In this document: one piece after another, positions 17,693-26,662 of the stretch | Numbering within the stretch: the stretch's first letter is position 1 | Layout: every line of letters starts with the position of its first letter | Assembly: GCF_001644705.1 (NCBI RefSeq) | Contig: NZ_CP015137.1 | Location: 3,990,001 to 4,022,000 of the forward strand | Length of the DNA stretch: 32,000 nt | Source of the DNA: Dickeya solani IPO 2222 | GTDB taxonomy: Bacteria > Pseudomonadota > Gammaproteobacteria > Enterobacterales > Enterobacteriaceae | Reading direction: 5' to 3' | Program-made: the position numbers and the translations under genes | Notes under the pieces: generated by a model | Seen by the model: the letters and a program-made list of their open reading frames with translations, nothing else | What the model was told of the DNA's origin: nothing | The model's database searches: none

Positions 17693-18581
17693 GGCGCTTG
17701 TCCTCCTCATCCGCGGATGAGCGATGGGGCGGCGTCAGGCTGCCCTTGCCGTAAAAGACCGCGGGGCGCTCATCGTCCGTCAGCACCGTCAGCTCGCGGG
17801 CATCGGCGTCCTGATGCAGTTGTTGCCCCGACAGGCGCAGGTAACGCAGCACGCCGCCGAAGGTTTTTTCCAGATTCGGGTGGGTGAAGGTGCTCTCTGT
17901 CGGGCCGACCGCCAGCACGGTGCGGTTGATCAGCACCACCTGATCGCAAAATTCAGGGACGCTGCCAAGGTTATGGGTGGACACCAGAATCAGGTGGCCC
18001 TCTTCGCGCAGCGTTTTCAGCAGCTTGATAATCGCGTTTTCCGTCTGTACATCAACGCCGGTGAACGGCTCGTCCAGCAGGATGATTTGCGCCTGCTGCG
18101 CCAGTGCGCGCGCCAGAAATACCCGTTTCTTTTGCCCGCCGGACAGCTCGCCGATCTGGCGTTGATGCAGATCCGCCATGCCAACGCGTTCCAGCGCCAG
18201 CGCTACCTGCTTTTTGTCTTCCGCTGACGGAATGCGAAACATCGACATTTTGCCGTAGCGCCCCATCATCACCACATCCTCAACCAGCACCGGGAAGTTC
18301 CAGTCCACCTCCTCGGTTTGGGGCACATAGGCGATGAGATTGCTTTTCAGCGCCTGCCTGACGGGCAGGCCGTTGAGCGATACGCTGCCGGTGGTGGGGC
18401 GGACAATGCCCATGATGCTTTTGAACAGCGTTGACTTTCCGCTGCCGTTGACCCCCACCAGCGCGCAGATGGTGCCGCCGTGGAGATGAAAGCTGGCGTT
18501 ATGGATGGCGGTGTGACCATTGTTGTAGGTGACCGTGATGTCCTGCACGGTCAACTGTGCGTCTTCTGCGTGCCGGGTCAT
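17685..18581 (-). CDS. sitB: Mn/Fe ABC transporter ATP-binding protein
   Basis: 298 aa. Walker A is GVNGSGKST, signature is LSGGQKKR and Walker B is [12 protein letters not shown]. The start overlaps the sitA stop (ATGA). Confidence 0.92.
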   Translation of the reverse strand: MTRHAEDAQLTVQDITVTYNNGHTAIHNASFHLHGGTICALVGVNGSGKSTLFKSIMGIVRPTTGSVSLNGLPVRQALKSNLIAYVPQTEEVDWNFPVLVEDVVMMGRYGKMSMFRIPSAEDKKQVALALERVGMADLHQRQIGELSGGQKKRVFLARALAQQAQIILLDEPFTGVDVQTENAIIKLLKTLREEGHLILVSTHNLGSVPEFCDQVVLINRTVLAVGPTESTFTHPNLEKTFGGVLRYLRLSGQQLHQDADARELTVLTDDERPAVFYGKGSLTPPHRSSADEEDKRHD

Positions 18582-19528
18582 TGGTTAAAACCTTTTGCAA
18601 TGGTGTCTACGGTGGTTTTTAACAGCGAAATGTAGTCGGGAACTGGGCCGTCTTTGGTCGACAGCGAATCCACATAGAGCACGCCGCCATAGCGCGCGCC
18701 GGTTTCTTTGCTGATCTGGCGTGCCGGTTTATCCGATACCGTGCTTTCACTGAATACGACCGGAATCTGGTGCTGGCGCACTTCATCAATAACATGGCGC
18801 ACCTGCTGCGGCGTGCCTTGTTCATCAGCGTTGATCGGCCACAGATACAGTTCTTTCAGGTCGTAATCGCGCGCCAGATAGCTGAAGGCGCCTTCGCTGG
18901 TCACCAGCCAACGGTGTTCGGCCGGAATATTGTTCAGCCGTGCCCGCAGCGGTTGGTCCAGCGCCATAATCTGCGTGGCGTAATTTTTGGCGTTGCGATT
19001 ATAGGTTTCCGTGTTGTCCGGGTCGTATTTCACCAGCGCTGCCCGGATATTTTCGATGTAGATTAAGGCGTTGTGCGGCGACATCCAGGCGTGGGGATTC
19101 GGGTTGCCGTTATAGGGACCTTCGTTGATCGCAATGGGCGTGACGCCTTCGCTGACGACCGCAGAAGGTACGCCCTGAATGTTTTCAAAGAACCGGCCGA
19201 ACCAGCGCTCCAGATTAAGGCCATTCCACAAAATCAGGTTTGCCGACTGCGTTTTGGCGATATCCCGCGGCGTGGGCTGGTAGTCGTGGATTTCCGCGCC
19301 CGGTTTGGTGATCGATTCAACGGTGGCGGCATCGCCGGCAACATTTTGGGCAATATCCTGAATGATGGTAAAGGTGGTGACCACCTTGAGTTTTGCCGTC
19401 GCCGGTAGCGAAAAACCGAACAGCAGCGCCAACAGGGCAGCTAACAGCGGAACGATAGAAAAGGGAAACGGGAAGGATAACCGCGTCTTGCGCATTGTTT
19501 TCAAAGAACCCTGAAAGGCCGTAAACAT
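18578..19528 (-). CDS. sitA: Periplasmic Mn/Fe-binding protein (cluster A-I SBP)
   Basis: 316 aa. [19 protein letters not shown]...[17 protein letters not shown]...NPHAWMSP...[12 protein letters not shown] closely follows the Yersinia YfeA/Salmonella SitA sequence as I recall it. SD GGGAGAG precedes the ATG at 19528. Confidence 0.93.
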   Translation of the reverse strand: MFTAFQGSLKTMRKTRLSFPFPFSIVPLLAALLALLFGFSLPATAKLKVVTTFTIIQDIAQNVAGDAATVESITKPGAEIHDYQPTPRDIAKTQSANLILWNGLNLERWFGRFFENIQGVPSAVVSEGVTPIAINEGPYNGNPNPHAWMSPHNALIYIENIRAALVKYDPDNTETYNRNAKNYATQIMALDQPLRARLNNIPAEHRWLVTSEGAFSYLARDYDLKELYLWPINADEQGTPQQVRHVIDEVRQHQIPVVFSESTVSDKPARQISKETGARYGGVLYVDSLSTKDGPVPDYISLLKTTVDTIAKGFNQ

Positions 19529-19539
19529 AACACTCTCCC

Positions 19540-19558
19540 AATAATGATAATGATAACC
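19540..19558. promoter_or_regulatory. Fur box upstream of sitA
   Basis: AATAATGATAATGATAACC matches about 15 of 19 positions of the Fur consensus GATAATGATAATCATTATC. It lies 12 nt upstream of the sitA start. Confidence 0.7.
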
Positions 19559-19832
19559 ATTTTCATTTGAAATAGGCGCTATGTTAACAGACTACATTTA
19601 ACACCTCAATAACACCACGAAGTAAATTGTTTTAGGGGCAAATGGTTTTAGTTTCATGCGCTTTCTGCGCGTTCCGGAATAACCGAAATAGATTAAAAAC
19701 CGGAATAGGCTAAAAATAGCCACCGCTGCTCCGTGTGACTATGCATCATTCTGGAGAGCCTGAGATAAGCCACAAAAATCAGGGCTATGGTTTCCCTTTC
19801 CGATTAATCAGCGTTATTGTTTCAGGCATTCG

Positions 19833-20282
19833 ATGTCTGTTTCAGGAATAACGACGGTGAATGACGCGTTGACTATTGGCGAAGATGATGTGCGATTCGC
19901 TACCCCTGATGTCGTTTTACCGCTGGGATACCGCACTATTGCGTATCGGTTTTTTCACCATGCCATCCCGTCGCCTTATGAGGTGGAGGGGGCGATTGCC
20001 GCCATTGAAGATGTGTTGCAGGCAACTCCGGCACTACGCCAGGTGGCGCAGCAGGCCTCGTGCGCCGACCAGTATCTTAACCAGATAGCCCACATCGCGG
20101 GCAGCCATGATCTTCTGACCCAACAGCAGATCGAGGACGTGTTCAACCGGGTTGCGGATGTGATTTCCGGCAGCCCCAAACGCGCCGGTGAATTTCCGGA
20201 TGACGTCGGGTTCGTCAGCTATCTGGTCATCATGCGCGAGCTATCACACCATCTTAATATCCGGCAGATAACGCTGGCATAG
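19833..20282 (+). CDS. Hypothetical 149-aa soluble protein, possibly a stand-alone half of a Ppx/GppA fold
   Basis: The ORF has codon-like composition and no TM segments. The ending ...VIMRELSHHLNIRQITLA and other stretches resemble domain II of GppA/Ppx by eye only. The SD is weak. Confidence 0.55.
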   Translation: MSVSGITTVNDALTIGEDDVRFATPDVVLPLGYRTIAYRFFHHAIPSPYEVEGAIAAIEDVLQATPALRQVAQQASCADQYLNQIAHIAGSHDLLTQQQIEDVFNRVADVISGSPKRAGEFPDDVGFVSYLVIMRELSHHLNIRQITLA

Positions 20283-20335
20283 CGCGCGGCTCGCTCGGTA
20301 AAAGGGGCTGTATCAATGACGATGCATCATCATGG

Positions 20336-21253
20336 TTATAACGCGCGGATTATCTGCCTTTTGCGCTGACGCTGATCGCACCACAGCGTGAAGATCCCGG
20401 CCATGACGATAATCGATGCCCCAAGCAAGGTGGCGTTGCCGGGCAAGCTGTCGAGAAACAAATAACCTATCACCATCGACCACACTAGCGTGGTGTAATC
20501 AAACGGCGCGAGTAGTGAGGCGTCGGCATAGCGCAGGCTGAGCGTGACCAGAATTTGCGCCAGCCCGCCAAATACGCCGCAGCCAATCAGCAACGCCCAT
20601 TGCCAGCCAACAGGACGAGCCCAGCCCCAAAATGTGGTCGAGAGGCCAATCAGCGTCGTCATCAGCGAAAAATAGAAAACGATCGCCCCCGGCGTTTCGA
20701 CGCCATTCAGGAAGCGAATTTGTACATTTGATGTTGCGGAGCAGACTGCCGCAAGCAAGGCAAAGAGCGTTCCCAGCGCGGCGTCGTCAAAGGTAAAGCC
20801 GGATGCCCATAACGTGTGACCGAGAGTGAGGTTTGACGACAGCATAATCACAATGCCGCTAAAGCCGACCAGAACCGCCAGCCAACGATAAAAGCGTACT
20901 GTCTCTTTCAACAATATCGCGGCCATGAGAACGGTAAATAGCGGTACGGCGTAACTGATGGCCGTGGCGTCGGCCAGCGAGATATAAATCAGCGCCAGAT
21001 AGTTAAAATACATGCCGCCAGTACCGGATAAACCGCGAATAACATGGCCGAAAATATTTTGCGTTTTGATGCTTTCTGTAATGCTGCCTTGTAGTTTTAA
21101 CCACAGCAACAGTGGAAATAGGGCGACGAATGAGCGGAAAAAAATGACTTCTCCGGTGGGAATGGCGCCGTGTAAGCCTTTGACGCAGGCCAGCATTAAT
21201 GTCGCACACAGCGCTGACATTATTTTCAGCAATATCCCAAGTTTGGCTTTCAT
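20336..21253 (-). CDS. EamA/DMT-family transporter (10-TM)
   Basis: 305 aa. It shows the two-fold EamA-type hydrophobic repeat pattern and a basic C-terminal tail. Confidence 0.85.
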   Translation of the reverse strand: MKAKLGILLKIMSALCATLMLACVKGLHGAIPTGEVIFFRSFVALFPLLLWLKLQGSITESIKTQNIFGHVIRGLSGTGGMYFNYLALIYISLADATAISYAVPLFTVLMAAILLKETVRFYRWLAVLVGFSGIVIMLSSNLTLGHTLWASGFTFDDAALGTLFALLAAVCSATSNVQIRFLNGVETPGAIVFYFSLMTTLIGLSTTFWGWARPVGWQWALLIGCGVFGGLAQILVTLSLRYADASLLAPFDYTTLVWSMVIGYLFLDSLPGNATLLGASIIVMAGIFTLWCDQRQRKRQIIRAL

Positions 21254-21541
21254 TGTCTTACCTTTTACAACCTACCGGTGTAGATGAGTCCTCACCTTAA
21301 AACGCCGGTAAAGTGCACCGATAAGATAATTTCCCTCTGTCCGAATAATCTTTTCTTATTACCGGATTCCGCCTGTGGGTCGTGATAGTGGTCATATAAA
21401 TTGTGTATCTCGCGACAGGGTTTCCCTCTTATGCCGTTAACCGCAAAGCCCGTATATTTCAGAGAATACGGGCTGCCGTACTGGGCCGCTCCAGTAATAA
21501 AAAATTGTGTATTCAAAGTATTAACACTTTGGGGGAACATC

Positions 21542-22378
21542 ATGACAGTAAAAAAATTATCTGCCGTTTTGGCGTTGTCAGTTTTATTCACCAGCATTGG
21601 GGCGCAGGCGGACCTGCTGGCCGATATGACTGCCCGGGGGGAGTTGAAGTGTGCGGTTTATTCTGATGTTCCCCCGTTTTCATCACCGGATGTGAATACA
21701 CGTCAATTGGTGGGAATGGATGTTGACCTGTGCAATGCGCTGGCGAAGCAAATGGGGCTGAATCTGGCGCTGGTGCCAACATCGGTAGAAGCCCGCATTG
21801 CCGTGATTGTTACCGGACGCGCCGATGTGCTGATCGCCAATCTGGCCTACACGAAAACCCGCGGTAACCAAATCCAGTTCAGCGATCCGTACTACGTGGC
21901 TAAAGAGATGTTGCTGGTGAAGAAAGATAACGCAGATAAAACCCTTGAGTATTTCAAAGGCAAACGCATCAGCGCGACAAAAGGAACCACTTCTGAGCAG
22001 TCGATCAACCTTAAAGGCGGTAAAGCGGTCACCTTCCAGGATTCAGCGTCCGCATTTCTCGCGCTGGAACAAAACAAAGCGGTGGGATTCGTCACTAATA
22101 TGATGACCGGCATCAAGATGATCTCACAGGCGAAAAAAGACGGTATTGAACTGGCGATGATCAAAGAACCGATGGCGCTGGAACCGATTGGCGTGGGCAT
22201 GAAACGTGACGAACCGGCACTGCTGGCAGCCGTCAACAGCAGCCTGAAAACCCTGGATGACAATGGAACCATCGACAAAATCTGGGAGAGCTGGATTGGG
22301 CCGAACACCGAATACAAAATGGTGCGCGAAGAGCGTGTGCAGCCGTTGTCGAGCCTGAAATTTGAACCGCTGGAATAA
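21542..22378 (+). CDS. Periplasmic polar-amino-acid ABC substrate-binding protein (family 3 SBP)
   Basis: The ORF track starts at 21401. The ATG at 21542 (MTVKKLSAVLALSVLFTSIGAQA, a Sec signal) is preceded by GGGGGA. Motifs such as PPFS, GMDVDL and FSDPYY are typical of HisJ/GlnH-type SBPs. Confidence 0.88.
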   Translation: MTVKKLSAVLALSVLFTSIGAQADLLADMTARGELKCAVYSDVPPFSSPDVNTRQLVGMDVDLCNALAKQMGLNLALVPTSVEARIAVIVTGRADVLIANLAYTKTRGNQIQFSDPYYVAKEMLLVKKDNADKTLEYFKGKRISATKGTTSEQSINLKGGKAVTFQDSASAFLALEQNKAVGFVTNMMTGIKMISQAKKDGIELAMIKEPMALEPIGVGMKRDEPALLAAVNSSLKTLDDNGTIDKIWESWIGPNTEYKMVREERVQPLSSLKFEPLE

Positions 22379-22384
22379 GTAAGT

Positions 22385-23074
22385 ATGGGCTGGTTAGCGC
22401 AACACGCGGCTGTTTTTCAGGAGGCGGATGTCACCCTCTCGACTATGGGGAGCCGGGCCTGGTTGGTGGAAGCGCCTGGGGAATTTAGCCTGGCTGCCCA
22501 GCGGCGCATCTGGTCACTGGCGCAAATACTCGCTCACTGTGATGATGTCGAAACGCTGATTCCCGGCGTCACCAATTTACTGGTATTGCTCAAACATACC
22601 CCGGAAGAGGAGGCGGCTTTCCCGCAGCGGCTGCGTGAATACTGGCGGCAGGCACGGGAAGTGAGTCCGCAAGGACGGCTGATCGAAATTCCGGTTCACT
22701 ATGGCGGTGTGCTGGCAAGCGATCTGGCAGCGGTTTGCCACCATACCGGCTTGAGTGAAAAAGAGGTCATTCGTCGCCATTATCAGGGGAGCTACACGGT
22801 TGTTGCGCTGGGTAGCGCCCCCGGTTTTGGTTATCTGCATGGGTTGGATCCGCAGCTCGCGACGCCGCGTAAAAAAGTACCGTCGCTCAATATGCCCAAG
22901 GGCACGGTCACCATTGGCGGAGCACAGACGGGGGTGTCGGTGTTGACCGGTCCCAACGGCTGGAACGCCATCGGCTATGCGGATTTGCAGGTCTTTGACC
23001 CTTACGCAGCCAGCCCCGCATTGATGGCGCCCGGTGATAACATCCGTTTTTTACCCGAAAGGATCGAACCGTGA
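22385..23074 (+). CDS. pxpB: 5-oxoprolinase subunit B-like protein (KipI / allophanate hydrolase subunit 1 family)
   Basis: 229 aa. SAPGFGYLHGLDPQLATPRKKVPSLNMPKGTVTIGGAQTGV...GPNGWNAIG is the KipI-type core. The start lies 6 nt after the SBP stop and is uncertain. Confidence 0.85.
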   Translation: MGWLAQHAAVFQEADVTLSTMGSRAWLVEAPGEFSLAAQRRIWSLAQILAHCDDVETLIPGVTNLLVLLKHTPEEEAAFPQRLREYWRQAREVSPQGRLIEIPVHYGGVLASDLAAVCHHTGLSEKEVIRRHYQGSYTVVALGSAPGFGYLHGLDPQLATPRKKVPSLNMPKGTVTIGGAQTGVSVLTGPNGWNAIGYADLQVFDPYAASPALMAPGDNIRFLPERIEP

Positions 23075-24051
23075 TTGAAATCGAGCGCACGGGTGCGCTG
23101 AACACGGTGCAGGATTTGGGACGCTTTGGCTTTCGTCATCTGGGGGTGTCGGTGAGCGGCGTGATGGACCCGCTGGCTCTGCGGGCGGGCAATGCGTTAC
23201 TGGGTAATGACGATAACGCCGCCGCCGTTGAGGTGCAAATGTTCCCCTTTCGTGTGCGTTTCCAACAGGATATGGCGATCGCCCTGACGGGAGCGGATTG
23301 CCGTGCGCGGCTTGATGATGTCGACCTGCCGCCCTGGTGGGGCTGCCGGGTTGCCAAAGGGCAGGTGTTGGAGATGCGCTATCCGCGTTCCGGTACGCGT
23401 GGTTACCTCTGTGTAGCGGGCGGAATTACGGTTCCCGAGGTGTTAGGCTCGCGCAGTACGGCGTTGCGCGGCGGGTTTGGCGGCGTTGACGGACGCCCGC
23501 TACAGGCTGGCGATAGATTACCGACAGGTGCCGGCCGAATCACCTTACCGCCGGGAGGGTTAGGCATTGAACCCCCGGAACTGGCGTTGTGCGAAGCGTT
23601 CCCGGCGGCGAATCAGGGCGTGGTGCCGGTGCGTGCTATTCCATCCGGTGAGTATGCCCTGTTCGCGGCCGATCATGCGCGTTTCTGGCGGCAATCCTGG
23701 CAGATCTCCAGACAAAGTAACCGTACCGGTTACCGGCTTTCCGGCGAACCGGTTTACCCTTCCCACACCATTGAAATGCGCTCTTATGGCCTGATCCCCG
23801 GCATTGTGCAGGTTCCTCCCGCCGGGGAGCCGATCATTCAGTTAAGCGATGCCAATACGGCAGGGGGATACCCCAAAATCGCCTGTGTGATTGAGGAGGA
23901 TTTATGGCGGCTCGGGCAGCTACAGGCTGGGCAGTCGATTCAATTCATGCAAGGCGATGGGAAGCAGGCCATCGCGGCGCGGCGGGCGATTGAGGGCTGG
24001 CTGGCGCAACTGCGGGATTTTTCCCGTTGCTTTAACCACATGAACGGATGA
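23071..24051 (+). CDS. pxpC: 5-oxoprolinase subunit C-like protein (KipA / allophanate hydrolase subunit 2 family)
   Basis: 326 aa. The GTG start overlaps the pxpB stop. TVQDLGRFGFRHLGVSVSGVMD and SDANTAGGYPKIA are KipA-type motifs. Confidence 0.87.
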   Translation: MIEIERTGALNTVQDLGRFGFRHLGVSVSGVMDPLALRAGNALLGNDDNAAAVEVQMFPFRVRFQQDMAIALTGADCRARLDDVDLPPWWGCRVAKGQVLEMRYPRSGTRGYLCVAGGITVPEVLGSRSTALRGGFGGVDGRPLQAGDRLPTGAGRITLPPGGLGIEPPELALCEAFPAANQGVVPVRAIPSGEYALFAADHARFWRQSWQISRQSNRTGYRLSGEPVYPSHTIEMRSYGLIPGIVQVPPAGEPIIQLSDANTAGGYPKIACVIEEDLWRLGQLQAGQSIQFMQGDGKQAIAARRAIEGWLAQLRDFSRCFNHMNG

Positions 24052-24057
24052 CGACAG

Positions 24058-24828
24058 ATGATGAAAATAGATGTGAACGCCGATATGGGAGAAGGGTTTG
24101 GTGTCTATCAACTGTGCGATGACGCAGCCCTGATGCAAGTGGTTTCATCGGCGAATATCGCCTGTGGCTTTCATGCGGGAGATCCGTCCATCATGACAAA
24201 AATGGTACGGCTGGCAAAGCACCGGGGGGTGAGCATCGGTGCGCATCCCGGCTTACCAGACAGATTAGGATTCGGGCGTAAAGAGATGGCCTTTAGCCAC
24301 GATGAGATTTGTCAGCAGGTGATTTATCAGATCGGCGCACTGCAGGCGATAGCCAGAACCGAGGGCGTAAGCGTGTCGCACGTCAGTTTTCACGCGGCGA
24401 TGGGCAATATGATTAATCGGGATGAGACTCTGGCGCAGCAAGTGATGCTGGCGATTTACCGTCTTGACCCGGCGCTGATCATTTTTTGTCAGGCGGATAC
24501 CATTATTGAACGGGCAGCCCAACGTGTGGGTTTACCCAGCCTGCCTCTGTTTCTGGCTGACCGCGCCTGCGACGCGACGGGGCGTCTGGTGCCGCGAGGT
24601 GCGCCGGGTGCAGTGATTACAGAAGAAGATGCGGTGCGTAGCCGAGTGCGCCAGTTCCTGCAGCAAGGCACGATAACCACCGTTGAGGGGCACTCGCTTG
24701 CCGTGCGCGCCCAGTCCATTCTGGTGCATAGCGATACGCCGGGTTCGCTGAGGCTTGCACAGATTGTCCGCAGCGAGATTGAAGCCTGCGGCGCAGTGGT
24801 AGCTCCGGCTACGCAAGTGTTGCAATAG
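24058..24828 (+). CDS. pxpA: 5-oxoprolinase subunit A-like protein (LamB/YcsF family)
   Basis: 256 aa. The N-terminal KIDVNADMGEGFG and ANIACGFHAGDP are LamB/YcsF hallmarks. Confidence 0.9.
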   Translation: MMKIDVNADMGEGFGVYQLCDDAALMQVVSSANIACGFHAGDPSIMTKMVRLAKHRGVSIGAHPGLPDRLGFGRKEMAFSHDEICQQVIYQIGALQAIARTEGVSVSHVSFHAAMGNMINRDETLAQQVMLAIYRLDPALIIFCQADTIIERAAQRVGLPSLPLFLADRACDATGRLVPRGAPGAVITEEDAVRSRVRQFLQQGTITTVEGHSLAVRAQSILVHSDTPGSLRLAQIVRSEIEACGAVVAPATQVLQ

Positions 24829-24847
24829 CGTGTCTGTGATTTGATTT

Positions 24848-24876
24848 GTCGGGGAGCGAGGTGACGCTTCCCCGAC
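24848..24876 (+). terminator. Strong hairpin 20 nt after the pxpA stop
   Basis: GTCGGGGAGCG-AGGTGA-CGCT(T)CCCCGAC forms about 11 bp with one bulge. No U-tract follows directly. Confidence 0.35.
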
Positions 24877-24937
24877 ATGCCGATACTGTTTTCAAAACCA
24901 TCCTATCCAGACTGAACATGACCCGCGCCGACGTCCT

Positions 24938-24967
24938 CGGCCGGCACTCTCATCCGGCTTTTTTCTT
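24938..24967 (+). terminator. Intrinsic-terminator-like hairpin plus T-run
   Basis: GCCGG-N9-CCGGC is followed directly by TTTTTTCTTT. Confidence 0.45.
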
Positions 24968-25115
24968 TCGTCTTCCATACGCTTAAACCGCGCGACCACG
25001 ATGACAGCTGCAACATGACGAAGGAGCCCCGAACGGCGTTTAACAGGGCGTTGTAATCTTGCGGGGAGGTGTGGGTGTCGCCCCGGCAGGCATCCGCGCT
25101 ACCGGGGAGGGGGGG

Positions 25116-26318
25116 TTACCGGCATCCTTTGCAAAATGCGGCGAGGCGTTCGCAACCGGTTTGCAGACGCTCCATGCTGGTGGCGTACGAGAGGCGAATA
25201 TAGGGGCTGATACCATAGGCCGCTCCCTGAACAGTCACCACATGCTGCTCTTCAATTAATGCCATCACAAAATCTGTATCGCTGGCAATCAATCGCCCGG
25301 CGGCACTGGTTTTTCCGATAAACGCGGCGATGTTCACAAACAGATAAAATGCTCCCTGCGGCTTATGGCACGTCAGCCCGGGAATGGCAGCCAGTTTCTC
25401 CAGTACAAAATCGCGGCGCTCTCGATAAATCGCAGCGCGTTCTTTGAGCAAATCCTGAGGGCCATCCAGCACGGCGATAGCCGCCGCCTGCGTCAGCGTC
25501 GTAATGCCGCCGGCGTTCTGAGTGTTTACATTACTCATCGCTTTGATGAGCGACTCGGGGCCGCCGCAAAAACCCAGACGCCAGCCGGTCATGGAATAGG
25601 CTTTCGACACACCATTGACTGTCAACACACGGTCGTACAGCCGCGGTTCTACCTGCGCCAGCGTCAGGAATACGCAGTCGTCGTAAATCAGGTGCTCATA
25701 GATATCGTCGCTCAGGATCCAGACATGCGGATTATCGAGCATCACATCGGCGATACCTTGTAATTCTTCACGACTGGCGACGGCTCCGGTGGGATTACTG
25801 GGGTAATTCAGCACCAGCCATTTGGTTTTAGCGGTTACCGCCGCGGCGATATCCGCAGGCAGCGGCTTAAAGCTATGTTCTTCATGGCAGGGCACGGGGA
25901 TGGGGGTAGCGCCGGCGAATTTTACAATGTCCGCATAGCTAATCCATGACGGCGTGGGGATCACCACTTCATCACCGGGATTCAGCGTTGCCATCATGGC
26001 ATTGAAGATGATCTGCCGGGCGCCCCCTGCGGTGATGATTTGGCTCAGGTCGTAATCCAGTCCGTTGTCGCGTTTGAATTTGCGTTGGATGGCCATCCGC
26101 AATGCCGGCGTACCGTCGATGGGGGGATAGCGAGTGTCTCCGGCGAGTGCGGCGGCATGGGCCGCTTCAATCGCATGCACGGGCGTGGGGAAATCCGGTT
26201 CGCCGGTGGAAAGCCCAACAACATCAATACCCTGCGCGGCGAGATCCCGCGCCTTTTGCGTCATCGCAACGGACGCTGAAATGGCTATGTTTTTAAGTCG
26301 ATCGGCAATTTCTGGCAT
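25116..26318 (-). CDS. Class I PLP aminotransferase (aspartate/aromatic AspB-type)
   Basis: 400 aa. The SKAYSMTGWRLGF lysine motif, NYPSNPTG and the N-terminal GEPDFPTP are characteristic. Confidence 0.9.
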   Translation of the reverse strand: MPEIADRLKNIAISASVAMTQKARDLAAQGIDVVGLSTGEPDFPTPVHAIEAAHAAALAGDTRYPPIDGTPALRMAIQRKFKRDNGLDYDLSQIITAGGARQIIFNAMMATLNPGDEVVIPTPSWISYADIVKFAGATPIPVPCHEEHSFKPLPADIAAAVTAKTKWLVLNYPSNPTGAVASREELQGIADVMLDNPHVWILSDDIYEHLIYDDCVFLTLAQVEPRLYDRVLTVNGVSKAYSMTGWRLGFCGGPESLIKAMSNVNTQNAGGITTLTQAAAIAVLDGPQDLLKERAAIYRERRDFVLEKLAAIPGLTCHKPQGAFYLFVNIAAFIGKTSAAGRLIASDTDFVMALIEEQHVVTVQGAAYGISPYIRLSYATSMERLQTGCERLAAFCKGCR

Positions 26319-26499
26319 ATCACAGGTGTTCCAGTTGGTTCAGCGGGGACCGCGCTTGCGCACGGTGGAGGGTGATGCATGTTTGAGGATAGGGAACAGC
26401 GCTGGGGAGCGGATAATACTGCTTTATTGTGGGGACATAATACAAAGCAATGACAGAGACCACGGTAAGCCCCCGCAACGATGCAATGCGGTGTCGATT

Positions 26500-26516
26500 T
26501 GCACTGCCGCGGTGCG
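26500..26516. promoter_or_regulatory. NtrC-type enhancer half-palindrome pair
   Basis: TGCACTGCCGCGGTGCG versus the consensus TGCACC-N5-GGTGCA. It lies about 110 bp upstream of the sigma54 element. Confidence 0.5.
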
Positions 26517-26612
26517 GCGTACCTATGGTGGAATGCGGGTTGGGCGACGATTGTATAGATTATGAGCGAATTACATCATAAGTAGCCGGTGTGGTTTCGC
26601 CATCATCATAAC

Positions 26613-26628
26613 TGGCATATCCGTTGCT
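26613..26628 (+). promoter_or_regulatory. Sigma54 (-24/-12) promoter for the Nac-like gene
   Basis: TGGCATATCCGTTGCT versus the consensus TGGCAC-N5-TTGCW, with correct GG/GC spacing. It lies 35 nt upstream of the ATG at 26663. Confidence 0.65.
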
Positions 26629-26662
26629 TAAGTGATGAGAAAGTCCTCACTGGAGAAACGCC

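Noticed and set aside
19568-19588. MntR box upstream of sitA (TGAAATAGGCGCTATGTTAAC).
   Set aside because: The right half resembles GCTATGTT. However, the ATAG/CTAT cores are separated by 3 nt rather than the 6 nt I recall for the enterobacterial MntR box, and the left half is poor.
21497-21512. Nac-binding site ATA-N9-TAT upstream of the SBP-pxp operon.
   Set aside because: The spacing is N10, not N9, and such AT-rich patterns are common in promoters.
21292-21597. A 101-aa ORF on the minus strand in the EamA/SBP intergenic region.
   Set aside because: It overlaps the signal-peptide coding start of the SBP gene. It has no family resemblance or SD, and it lies in AT-rich promoter DNA.
25104-25115. 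The G-rich tract GGGGAGGGGGGG abutting the aminotransferase stop codon, considered as a phase-variation site.
   Set aside because: It lies outside the CDS, immediately 3' of the stop, so slippage would not change the protein.
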